This document shows positions 1 through 7,335 of a DNA stretch of 40,466 nucleotides, in pieces. Origin of the DNA: a virus (taxonomy: Duplodnaviria; Caudoviricetes); IMG/VR virus record IMGVR_UViG_3300025018_000266, positions 1 through 40,466 of that record; one strand, given 5' to 3'. The position numbers and the translations under genes were made by a program. The notes beneath the pieces are model-generated. The model saw only the letters and a program-made list of their open reading frames with translations. It made no database searches and was not told the origin of the DNA. Within the stretch, counting starts at the first letter, position 1. Each line of letters starts with the position of its first letter.

Positions 1-98
1 GACGTTTGCTTTAGGGATATTAAGTTAGTAAATAAAGTAGTTAAAAAGTTGGAAGAAGAAGCCATTTTAACCAAACAACCAAATGGAGAGGGGGAGAT

Positions 99-686
99 AT
101 GAAAAATATAGATGCACAGATAAAGGAAATATCACATAAATTAAGATCAAAACATAATTGTTTACACCCACAGTTTGAGGATGTTAAGTCTTTTGATGAG
201 GAATTGGCCGAAGAACTCTCTAAACTCATACAAAGGGAAAGGGGGCTCCCCATAATGAATAAGAAAGAACAAGAAGCGGCAAGAGAAAGAATAGTAGCAT
301 TGTTTTCCAATTACAAATATACAATTGACGGCGAGATTGTTTATGTAACCGAGGGAAATGTCTGGCAAGTAGCCGATGATTTATTGGATATGTTTCTTAC
401 CCCTGTAGAATGTGAATCGGATAAAACACGCTTCGCCGATACCCCAAGCATAGAAGCTAATTATTTGGCGGCAAGGGGCGAAACAATAAAGCAAAGTTCG
501 CCCAAAGTTCCTGAACAGGAAATACCTAAACCTAACGGCACGGTAGATAAAACCTCTACGATTAGTCGCCAACCGCAAGGCGTGGATGTGGAAGATGTAA
601 AGAAAGATTTCCATTGTCAAATATGCAACAGACCGCTTAGTTTTGGAAAACTACAACTAGACGGAATATGTGAGGATTGTATATGA
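99..686 (+). CDS. Hypothetical early protein, mosaic, with C-terminal Zn-ribbon (CQIC...CEDC)
   Basis: 195-aa ORF with GGAGAGGGGG SD upstream; N-terminus MKNIDAQIKEI resembles ORF 2571. Confidence 0.7.
   Translation: MKNIDAQIKEISHKLRSKHNCLHPQFEDVKSFDEELAEELSKLIQRERGLPIMNKKEQEAARERIVALFSNYKYTIDGEIVYVTEGNVWQVADDLLDMFLTPVECESDKTRFADTPSIEANYLAARGETIKQSSPKVPEQEIPKPNGTVDKTSTISRQPQGVDVEDVKKDFHCQICNRPLSFGKLQLDGICEDCI
474..582 (+). repeat. 109-bp direct repeat, copy 1 (identical to 40358-40466)
   Basis: Direct comparison: aggggcgaaacaataaag...caaccgcaaggcg. Confidence 0.95.
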
Positions 687-952
687 GAAGAAAACCTGTT
701 ATTCCCAACATCAAGGTTAAGGACATGGATTTTATAGACGGAGATATAACTCGTGAAATGCGTATAGATAATGGAGCAGAGTTGTCTAGTGGTGGGGGGA
801 ACGCTTACAGAATTGCCTTTATGAAGGGGCAGGGTGCTAGTAGCAAAGATGAAAGCTGGAACAAAGAAAAGCACCAGCATGCTTGTTGTGGCAGTAAAGT
901 TTCATGGAGGCACCTGATAAGATGTCCCATGTTAAGAGAGGATTTTATATGA
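683..952 (+). CDS. Hypothetical protein (HACCGSK...H..C putative metal-binding motif)
   Basis: ATG at 683 overlaps the upstream TGA (ATGA coupling). Confidence 0.6.
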   Translation: MRRKPVIPNIKVKDMDFIDGDITREMRIDNGAELSSGGGNAYRIAFMKGQGASSKDESWNKEKHQHACCGSKVSWRHLIRCPMLREDFI

Positions 953-1341
953 ACATAACCAGACACTCGTTCAAAGATGGTAGTAGAAAAGTGTGGATGT
1001 GTGATGCCTGTAGGAAGGAAATAAAGCACGCTGTTTGTTTTGAGGACAATGGTAAGGAATATACCTTTTGTAGTAGATGCTATTACGATGTAGCGGAGAA
1101 TGGGCTACCTAAATATCTCCAACCCACCAAAGATAGCAAAGAAGACCGTAACGCTGTAGTAGATGAGAGGGAAGATATTTTAACAGGATTTAGGAAGTGG
1201 TTCAGGGAATGGAAACCAACATTTCCTGGTTCCGAACCCGAAAGCGTACTAATGGCTAAGGGGTATAATCTTTGTTTGCACGAGATGGATTGGAAAATAG
1301 AGGAGTTTTTAGCCCTCAAAGAGGGAAAGGAGACAAAGTAA
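949..1341 (+). CDS. Hypothetical Zn-finger protein (CDAC...CSRC)
   Basis: ORF track 904-1341; likely start ATG 949 after the GAGAGGA SD, overlapping the upstream stop. Confidence 0.6.
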   Translation: MNITRHSFKDGSRKVWMCDACRKEIKHAVCFEDNGKEYTFCSRCYYDVAENGLPKYLQPTKDSKEDRNAVVDEREDILTGFRKWFREWKPTFPGSEPESVLMAKGYNLCLHEMDWKIEEFLALKEGKETK

Positions 1342-1362
1342 TTATTTAATTGAAAGGATATT

Positions 1363-2028
1363 ATGAAAACTATTAAATTAACTAGCAAAGACTTCAAAAA
1401 CGGTAAATATGTAGGTAAAGAAAACTTCTCTGTCTACGAGGGCGTCGATTGTAATGTTGAGATAGAAGCCAACTTAGGTTGGGTGTCATTTGTTGCGTTG
1501 AAAGTAAAGGGATACATACAAGCACTTGCTGGTACGGGTATCGAAGCTAGTGAGGGTATCAAAGCCGGTGAGGGTATCGAAGCTGGTTTGGGTATCAAAG
1601 CCGGTTGGGGTATCAAAGCCGGTGAGGGTATCAAAGCTGGTACGGGTATCAAAGCTGGTGGGGGTATCAAAGCTGGTGGGGGTATCGAAGCCGGTGAGGG
1701 TATCAAAGCTGGTACGGGTATCAAAGCTGGTACGGGTATCAAAGCCGGTGAGGGTATCAAAGCTGGTTGGGGTATCAAAGCCGGTGAGGGTATCGAATGC
1801 AAACTTGCATTATCCTTTAGGTATAGATTATTCGCAGGAACATCAGTTTATAGAGGTACTGACACCGAAGAAAAACAAGTCGAGTGTGGAAGACTAGAGG
1901 GTGGCACTGTTTGCTATGGTGATGTTAAGGAGTTAGGAATGCCAGACGAACCCAAAAAGAGGTCACTAAGTGGTAAAACAGTCAAAGTTACTTTAGATGG
2001 GGAAGAATATGAAGCAACTATTAAATAA
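1363..2028 (+). CDS. Hexapeptide-repeat (GI[KE]AGx) protein, probable beta-helix
   Basis: 14 tandem 6-aa repeats; TGAAAGGA SD upstream. Confidence 0.8.
   Translation: MKTIKLTSKDFKNGKYVGKENFSVYEGVDCNVEIEANLGWVSFVALKVKGYIQALAGTGIEASEGIKAGEGIEAGLGIKAGWGIKAGEGIKAGTGIKAGGGIKAGGGIEAGEGIKAGTGIKAGTGIKAGEGIKAGWGIKAGEGIECKLALSFRYRLFAGTSVYRGTDTEEKQVECGRLEGGTVCYGDVKELGMPDEPKKRSLSGKTVKVTLDGEEYEATIK
1528..1800 (+). repeat. 18-bp tandem repeat array GGTATC(A/G)AAGC(C/T)GGTNNG, about 15 units
   Basis: Units counted from 1537 at 18-nt periodicity to 1789. Confidence 0.95.
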
Positions 2029-2323
2029 AGCCCTCAAAGTATCCGATAACGGATTACCAAAACATCTTCAACCCACCAAAGATAGCAGGGATAGTGTGAT
2101 AGAGGAGATGGTCGAAAATAACTATCATTTCTGGAGAGAGTGTCCTTATTGTGGTTACGCAGGAAATAACTACCTTCATTGTATGCACGATGGCGTACAA
2201 AGCAAGTGTGTTAAATGTGAAGCGTTGTTACCTCATTTCGATGGCGAGTGTGAGTGCGAGTTTGTTGTAACAGTAGCAGAACTTGAAGCCCTCAAAACCA
2301 AACAAAAGGAGACAGAAGAATGA
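1997..2323 (+). CDS. Cys-rich hypothetical protein (CPYC, HCMH, CVKC, CECE)
   Basis: ORF track; start codon uncertain. Confidence 0.55.
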   Translation: MGKNMKQLLNKALKVSDNGLPKHLQPTKDSRDSVIEEMVENNYHFWRECPYCGYAGNNYLHCMHDGVQSKCVKCEALLPHFDGECECEFVVTVAELEALKTKQKETEE

Positions 2324-2574
2324 GAAGTATAAAAGAAACAGCAAAACTAATGGCAGTAAGTATAGAAACATTGAGAAGATGGGATAGAAGCGGACATTTT
2401 AAGGCATCTGAAAGACGGGGTGTTCGTGGAGATAGGTACTACACAGAGGAACACATAGGAACTTATTTAAGACTTAATAGCAACCGTGCTGTAATGCCCA
2501 AACTATCTGTAAATGATGTACCCGATTTTCTATCTCAAACCAAACAACCAAATGGAGAGGGGGAAGACAAATGA
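2320..2574 (+). CDS. MerR-type HTH DNA-binding protein (excisionase-like)
   Basis: SIKETAKLMAVSIETLRRWD...G.R.YT pattern. Confidence 0.8.
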   Translation: MRSIKETAKLMAVSIETLRRWDRSGHFKASERRGVRGDRYYTEEHIGTYLRLNSNRAVMPKLSVNDVPDFLSQTKQPNGEGEDK

Positions 2575-2843
2575 AAAATATAGATGAACAGATAGAGGAG
2601 ATATTGATGAGACACGAACCTTGTATATACGACAGCAACGGAGATAATCTTTTTGTAATGCCTAAAGTAATCGAAGGACTCTCCACCCTCATACAAAAGG
2701 AAAGAGAAGAAGCTGTGAGAGAGTTTGTTAAGAAGGTTAAAAGGGAAACTATAAAGAACGGTTGGGAGTGGAAAGCAAGTGGCGGTGACAAGGTATTTAG
2801 TTTTATTGAGTGCCTATCACAAACTAAAGGGGGTAAGGAGTGA
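2571..2843 (+). CDS. Hypothetical protein, partial paralog of ORF 99-686
   Basis: MKNIDEQIEEI and LSTLIQKER shared with ORF 99. Confidence 0.65.
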   Translation: MKNIDEQIEEILMRHEPCIYDSNGDNLFVMPKVIEGLSTLIQKEREEAVREFVKKVKRETIKNGWEWKASGGDKVFSFIECLSQTKGGKE

Positions 2844-3040
2844 GAAAATATAATAAATGGTACAAAGAAATATGGTTCTCGATTCAGGAACATTTTATCG
2901 TAGCAAGTCTGCCTATTAAGAAGTGGTTGGGTAAGACCGGTATATGGAACTACTGTTGCTATTGCGGAGAACAAATGCAGAGCTACGGATATAACTTTCA
3001 ATCAAGATGCGAGAACCCAGATTGCAAGAAACAACTCTAA
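2840..3040 (+). CDS. Small Zn-ribbon protein (CCYCG...CENPDC)
   Basis: GTG start overlapping the upstream stop, with SD. Confidence 0.55.
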   Translation: MRKYNKWYKEIWFSIQEHFIVASLPIKKWLGKTGIWNYCCYCGEQMQSYGYNFQSRCENPDCKKQL

Positions 3041-3041
3041 C

Positions 3042-3070
3042 TTGACAAGGTACTATACACGGAGTATATT
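3042..3070 (+). promoter_or_regulatory. Sigma70-type promoter TTGACA-17-TATATT with TACT-N8-AGTA site
   Basis: Consensus -35 and 17-nt spacer; near-duplicate at 38540. Confidence 0.75.
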
Positions 3071-3100
3071 TAGTATAGTACAAAGTTAATCGAAGGGCAG

Positions 3101-3742
3101 GTGATAAAAATGGAAAAAGATCTATTAACAGAGATGCAAGGGGATGTTAAGGCTCAAAGAAAGGCTAGAAAAGCCAAGAAAATAGAGCCGGAGATTAGAC
3201 TTAGAGGGGGAGTTAGTTTATGGACTAAGGTAAAAAGGATGTTTATCCTCTTAGTATTACTAGCCACTGGTGTAGCTTACACTGCCGAAAGGTATGTAGA
3301 TTGGAGAGCCGGACATGAGTGGCAGTTTCCTGCTAAGTGGATAGGGTTGATTAGAGAAATACAGGATGCAACTGTAAATCAGGTCGCAAGTGCGGAGAGT
3401 GTTAAGGTATTAACTGATATTGAGACACTAGGGCAGTACCACCTATCGCCGGTGCTAAAGACAGTATACTTTCTTGAGTCTACATCCGGAGAAAAGGATG
3501 GCTGTAAGGATGGGGGGAAGTTTAATGGCTTTGGCTACGCACAAAATAGTAGCATATGGAAATGCTATGACTCCTTTGCTGATGTGGCAGAGAGAGTAAA
3601 TGAATGGTTCGAGGAGAGATTAAGTGTAAATGGAAACGATCTTATAGAAGCCGTGTGCTTTTATAAGACTGGTCGTGAGGGACAGTTAAGTTGCGGAGAC
3701 TATTCCGCTAACTTCTTTAGTGTTCTAACTAAGAACTTCTAA
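3101..3742 (+). CDS. Membrane-anchored lysozyme-like/glucosaminidase-like protein
   Basis: TM segment MFILLVLLATGVAY; FLESTSG...NGFGY...YDSF motif typical of the lysozyme-like fold. Confidence 0.5.
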   Translation: MIKMEKDLLTEMQGDVKAQRKARKAKKIEPEIRLRGGVSLWTKVKRMFILLVLLATGVAYTAERYVDWRAGHEWQFPAKWIGLIREIQDATVNQVASAESVKVLTDIETLGQYHLSPVLKTVYFLESTSGEKDGCKDGGKFNGFGYAQNSSIWKCYDSFADVAERVNEWFEERLSVNGNDLIEAVCFYKTGREGQLSCGDYSANFFSVLTKNF

Positions 3743-3750
3743 GGGAGATT

Positions 3751-3792
3751 CTCGGTGGCTGGAGTGCTGATTCGTAGACTCCAGTCATCGAG
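3751..3792 (+). other. 15-bp stem-loop (terminator-like or RNA-processing hairpin)
   Basis: ctcggtggctggagt pairs with actccagtcatcgag (two G-U pairs). Confidence 0.6.
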
Positions 3793-3812
3793 TCAGCAAA
3801 CAATTGAAAATC

Positions 3813-3933
3813 AAATAGGCTTTTGACCGAGTGCGGTTTATGGTTGAAACTAGAATAGATCGGGAAATAAAATGTAGGAGCTAGACATCTGCGAACCACC
3901 CGACCGTAGGTTCAAATCCTACAGAGCCTATTT
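3813..3933 (+). ncRNA. tRNA-like RNA (T-arm plus acceptor-like stem, oversized central region)
   Basis: GTAGG-TTCAAAT-CCTAC at 3906-3922; aaataggcttt (3813-3823) pairs with agagcctattt (3923-3933). Confidence 0.55.
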
Positions 3934-4077
3934 AGCATTTAATTAGTTGAAAGGATTATATGGAGAATAATAAAATAGGCAAAAAGTTTTATAGTGGCTT
4001 TTTCAAAAAGCAAATAGAAGTTGTTGAGTATGTGGACAATGAAAACTGGTTCTTTTGAGTTATTTTGAGAACAAACC

Positions 4078-4308
4078 ATGCAGATAACAAAACTAGAAAA
4101 AGAAGCTAATTACATAGACAACACCTGCAAGATAAAGGTTGAAATATCAATAGATCTACAGGATTTGGCTAGTTATGACTACACCGGACTGGATATGATA
4201 CCGGATGAGACGCTTCCGGACATCCTAACAGCCGTTGGTAGAATGTATAAGGGTAAGATCAAGCAAGGGAAGATCTTAAAAGAGAAGGTAGGTAGTCTTT
4301 TACCTTGA
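4078..4308 (+). CDS. Hypothetical protein
   Basis: 76-aa ORF on the coding strand. Confidence 0.55.
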   Translation: MQITKLEKEANYIDNTCKIKVEISIDLQDLASYDYTGLDMIPDETLPDILTAVGRMYKGKIKQGKILKEKVGSLLP

Positions 4309-4431
4309 TGCGATAGATTAGGCGGTGGCAACCAATGACCTTGAACAGTACAAAACTGCTCTTGCTCTAAGGGCAGGGTGTAATGCTCAAGCAGGTATAA
4401 TACACCACGTTTAGTGCGTGATCTATCGCAT
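4308..4431 (+). ncRNA. Candidate multibranch structured RNA
   Basis: atgcgatagat/atctatcgcat closing stem around several internal hairpins; intergenic. Confidence 0.45.
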
Positions 4432-4460
4432 GAGGATATAAAGTTAAAGGATAAAAAGAA

Positions 4461-4799
4461 ATGAACAAACACAATAAGGGTACACGCTACGAACTGGAAG
4501 CTAGAAAGTTGTTAGAAGCAGATGGGTGGTTATGTGAGAAGAAGAACTATAATCGGTGGGCAGCTAAAGACTTTTATAATCTATTCGATATTCTAGCCAT
4601 TAAGAAAAACAAAGTAAGACTAATTCAGATCAAGACTAACGTATCAGACTTCTATAAATCTCGCATAGCAATTCAGACATGGATTATGGAAAATGAGATA
4701 AAGGGCATAAGCTGCGAGGTTTGGCTTAGATTACCTAAAAAAGAGTGGAGATGCGAAAAAATGACATCACAGAATCCCCTACAAACAATCGTTGTATAG
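4461..4799 (+). CDS. PD-(D/E)XK nuclease, Hjc-like Holliday junction resolvase
   Basis: KG.RYE...L...GW and FDILA...LIQIK motifs. Confidence 0.7.
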   Translation: MNKHNKGTRYELEARKLLEADGWLCEKKNYNRWAAKDFYNLFDILAIKKNKVRLIQIKTNVSDFYKSRIAIQTWIMENEIKGISCEVWLRLPKKEWRCEKMTSQNPLQTIVV

Positions 4800-4803
4800 G
4801 TAG

Positions 4804-4832
4804 TTGATATAAGCATCCTGTTAGAATATAAT
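4804..4832 (+). promoter_or_regulatory. Sigma70-type promoter TTGATA-17-TATAAT
   Basis: Near-consensus hexamers with 17-nt spacer. Confidence 0.7.
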
Positions 4833-4840
4833 GAAAGTAT

Positions 4841-4940
4841 AGGAATGGGCGGTGGTTGCTTGGAACTTATAACACCCTCTTAACATTCAGTTCCGGCATA
4901 CTTGGGCAGGGTATGCGGGACACACTGCTCATCTCCTTTT
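4841..4940 (+). ncRNA. Candidate small RNA with paired 5' and 3' ends
   Basis: atgggcggtg/cactgctcat stem with two internal hairpins; starts just after the promoter and ends in a T run. Confidence 0.45.
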
Positions 4941-4981
4941 AATTAACGCATATATACCTCAAGATACTGTATAATAAGCAT

Positions 4982-5416
4982 ATGGCATTAAAGGAAAAAC
5001 CTAAGTCATCTCCAAACATCAAACAGAATATCAGACAAAAGAAAGTAGCAATAGACGTGGTAGTAAATGGTAGCAGCATGGCTGTTGCAATGAAAAAGGC
5101 TGGTTACTCAAAAGCGTATTCTACACATCCGGAGAAACTAACTAGAACTAGATCTTGGCAAGAACTCATTGAAGAATATTTACCCGATTCATTACTCACA
5201 AAGAAACATAACGAACTCTTAAACAAGAAAGAACAGATCGTGGTTAGAAATGGAAAAGAATCGGAAATAATTGTTACAGATGAAATAGACGTAAATGCAG
5301 TCAAAGCCGGTGTCGAAATGGGGTATAAACTCAAAGGTAGGTTTGCTCCGGATAAGATTGAACATACCATAACTGCTGTTAGGATCATAAACTATGGAGA
5401 TAACACTACCAATTGA
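4982..5416 (+). CDS. terS: Terminase small subunit
   Basis: AMKKAGYS HTH-like motif; directly upstream of and overlapping TerL; leaderless TATAAT at 4970. Confidence 0.75.
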   Translation: MALKEKPKSSPNIKQNIRQKKVAIDVVVNGSSMAVAMKKAGYSKAYSTHPEKLTRTRSWQELIEEYLPDSLLTKKHNELLNKKEQIVVRNGKESEIIVTDEIDVNAVKAGVEMGYKLKGRFAPDKIEHTITAVRIINYGDNTTN

Positions 5417-6743
5417 AGCATTCAAGCCAAGAGATTATCAGATACCATTGTTAAAGGCTTTAGATAATGGTTACAAACGTGCAGTATGGGTGGCACACAG
5501 AAGATCTGGTAAGGATTTAACTATGATGAACTACATAGCTAAAAAGATGTATGAGAAAGTTGGTGCTTATTACTATTTCTTTCCGACCTACAAACAAGCC
5601 AAAAAGGTTATATGGGATGGAATGACTAGAGATGGCTTTAAGTTCACAGACTACATCCCCAAAGAACTAAGAAAACGAACAGACAACGGAGAAATGTTAA
5701 TTGAAACCCAAAATGGATCAATGTTTAGGTTAATTGGTACGGATAACATTGACGCTGTTGTTGGATCAAACCCCGTTGGATGTGTATTTAGTGAGTGGTC
5801 GTTACAAAATCCCCAAGCGTGGGACTATGTAAGACCGATACTAGCCGAAAATGGTGGTTGGGCGGTGTTTATCTATACTCCAAGAGGCAAGAATCATGGT
5901 CATACACTACTAGAACTAGCCAAAGCATATCCGGATGTTTGGTATTGGGAAGTATTAGACGTTGAAAAGACCAAAGCCATATCTCCAGAAGTATTAAATC
6001 AGGAATATAATGAGATATTTAGAAAAGATGGCAACGATGCACTGTATCAACAGGAGTATATGTGTAACTTTGATGTACCTATTCAGGGTTCATACTATGC
6101 AAGTCAGTTAATACTAGCAGACAAAGAGGGAAGAATAGGAAGTGTACCCTACGATGCTAATGTTCCGGTGCATACGGCATGGGATCTGGGCATGGATGAT
6201 TCAATGAGCATTTGGATGTTTCAGATAGCCAACAAAGAGGTACATTTCATAGACTATTACGAGTCAAGTGGTGAGGGCATTAACTATTACATCAAGTATT
6301 TAAGAGATAAGCCCTACATTTATGGTAGAAACTTTGCTCCGCACGATATTGCAGTAAGAGAACTAGGAACTGGCAAGAGTAGGCTTGAAGTAGCCAAGAG
6401 TTTGGGTATTAACTTTGAAGTGGGAAAGAATCTAGCGATACACGATGGTATTCAGGCGGCAAGAAACGCACTAGGTAAGTGTTGGTTTGATAAAGAGAAG
6501 TGTGAGAGGGGTATTTCAGCCCTTAGAAGCTATCATAAAGAGTGGGATGAGGATAATCAGGTATTCAAGAATAAACCCGACCACGACTGGGCATCTCATG
6601 GCGCAGATAGTTTTAGAACCTTTGCCGTTGGGTACAGGGATTTGATTATGTTGCCACCGGCTACAGTTACACCGATAAGAGATGATCCGTATCAGAGGTC
6701 AAGTTATGCCAGTCCGGTGAACTTTGAAGGGGGGATACTCTAA
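5394..6743 (+). CDS. terL: Terminase large subunit
   Basis: YQ motif, HRRSGKD Walker A, VFSEW Walker B, TPRGKNH, WDLG nuclease motif, HDWASHGADSFR. Confidence 0.95.
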   Translation: MEITLPIEAFKPRDYQIPLLKALDNGYKRAVWVAHRRSGKDLTMMNYIAKKMYEKVGAYYYFFPTYKQAKKVIWDGMTRDGFKFTDYIPKELRKRTDNGEMLIETQNGSMFRLIGTDNIDAVVGSNPVGCVFSEWSLQNPQAWDYVRPILAENGGWAVFIYTPRGKNHGHTLLELAKAYPDVWYWEVLDVEKTKAISPEVLNQEYNEIFRKDGNDALYQQEYMCNFDVPIQGSYYASQLILADKEGRIGSVPYDANVPVHTAWDLGMDDSMSIWMFQIANKEVHFIDYYESSGEGINYYIKYLRDKPYIYGRNFAPHDIAVRELGTGKSRLEVAKSLGINFEVGKNLAIHDGIQAARNALGKCWFDKEKCERGISALRSYHKEWDEDNQVFKNKPDHDWASHGADSFRTFAVGYRDLIMLPPATVTPIRDDPYQRSSYASPVNFEGGIL

Positions 6744-6982
6744 TGGCGGTTGTATTATCAGAGAGTGAGTTTAAGCCTTATGTAGAAGAAAGAACGTATA
6801 AAGTTGTTCTATCTATGGATGAGACGCTGTTGATTCAGAAGCTAAGAGAGATGAGCTATGGATCTATTACAGTTCATCTAGTAAACAGAAAGATTGTGAG
6901 AACAGAAACAGTTAATAGTGAACTCACAAAGGATAGAAAGAAGGAAACAGTTACTATCGCATTGGAAGTAATGGATAAGTAA
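6743..6982 (+). CDS. Small protein, DUF2292/YezD-like
   Basis: L..MSYGSITVHLVN.KIV..E pattern. Confidence 0.5.
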   Translation: MAVVLSESEFKPYVEERTYKVVLSMDETLLIQKLREMSYGSITVHLVNRKIVRTETVNSELTKDRKKETVTIALEVMDK

Positions 6983-6996
6983 AGTATAATTAGCAT

Positions 6997-7335
6997 ATGA
7001 GTAAGACTAAAATAATCGGCAGAGTTAAACTACTTAAAGCACTTCTATACAACAGCCACATGATTTATATCCGTATGATAGGCAAGGACTACATTGAGTA
7101 CCTTTTGGAGTACAAAGGTGAGATCTATTCCGGTTACAACATAATGCTGTTAAATAAGGGGGGCAGGTCTAAACTATCAAAAAAGGACATTAGTTTGTTT
7201 TCTGATCTGACTATGGCTATGGCACAGACAACCTTAGATGCCTTACTTGGTGTTAGAATGGACACAAACACCGAGAAGATAGCCAAGGTAGTCGAAGAAG
7301 GTAGTAAAAAACTTAAAGGAAAGAAAAATGCCTGA
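6997..7335 (+). CDS. Hypothetical protein
   Basis: 112-aa ORF; TATAAT 6 nt upstream of the ATG. Confidence 0.65.
   Translation: MSKTKIIGRVKLLKALLYNSHMIYIRMIGKDYIEYLLEYKGEIYSGYNIMLLNKGGRSKLSKKDISLFSDLTMAMAQTTLDALLGVRMDTNTEKIAKVVEEGSKKLKGKKNA

Noticed and set aside
1528-1800. Possible CRISPR array
   Set aside because: Units are contiguous 18-mers with only a codon-sized variable part, lie in frame in a CDS, and no cas genes are present.
1434-1897. Alternative-frame repeat ORFs (PALIP.. on minus; VSKLVR.. on plus)
   Set aside because: Shadows of the 18-bp repeat in gene 1363-2028, which has the SD and unique flanking domains.
2320-2574. IS607-like transposon suggested by the MerR-type HTH
   Set aside because: No serine recombinase catalytic domain or TnpB follows; it is a stand-alone HTH.
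3960-4109. SD-led short ORF with in-frame TGA at 4056, suggesting stop-codon reassignment
   Set aside because: Many well-supported genes end in TGA with ATGA coupling and long genes are intact in code 11; more likely a gene remnant.
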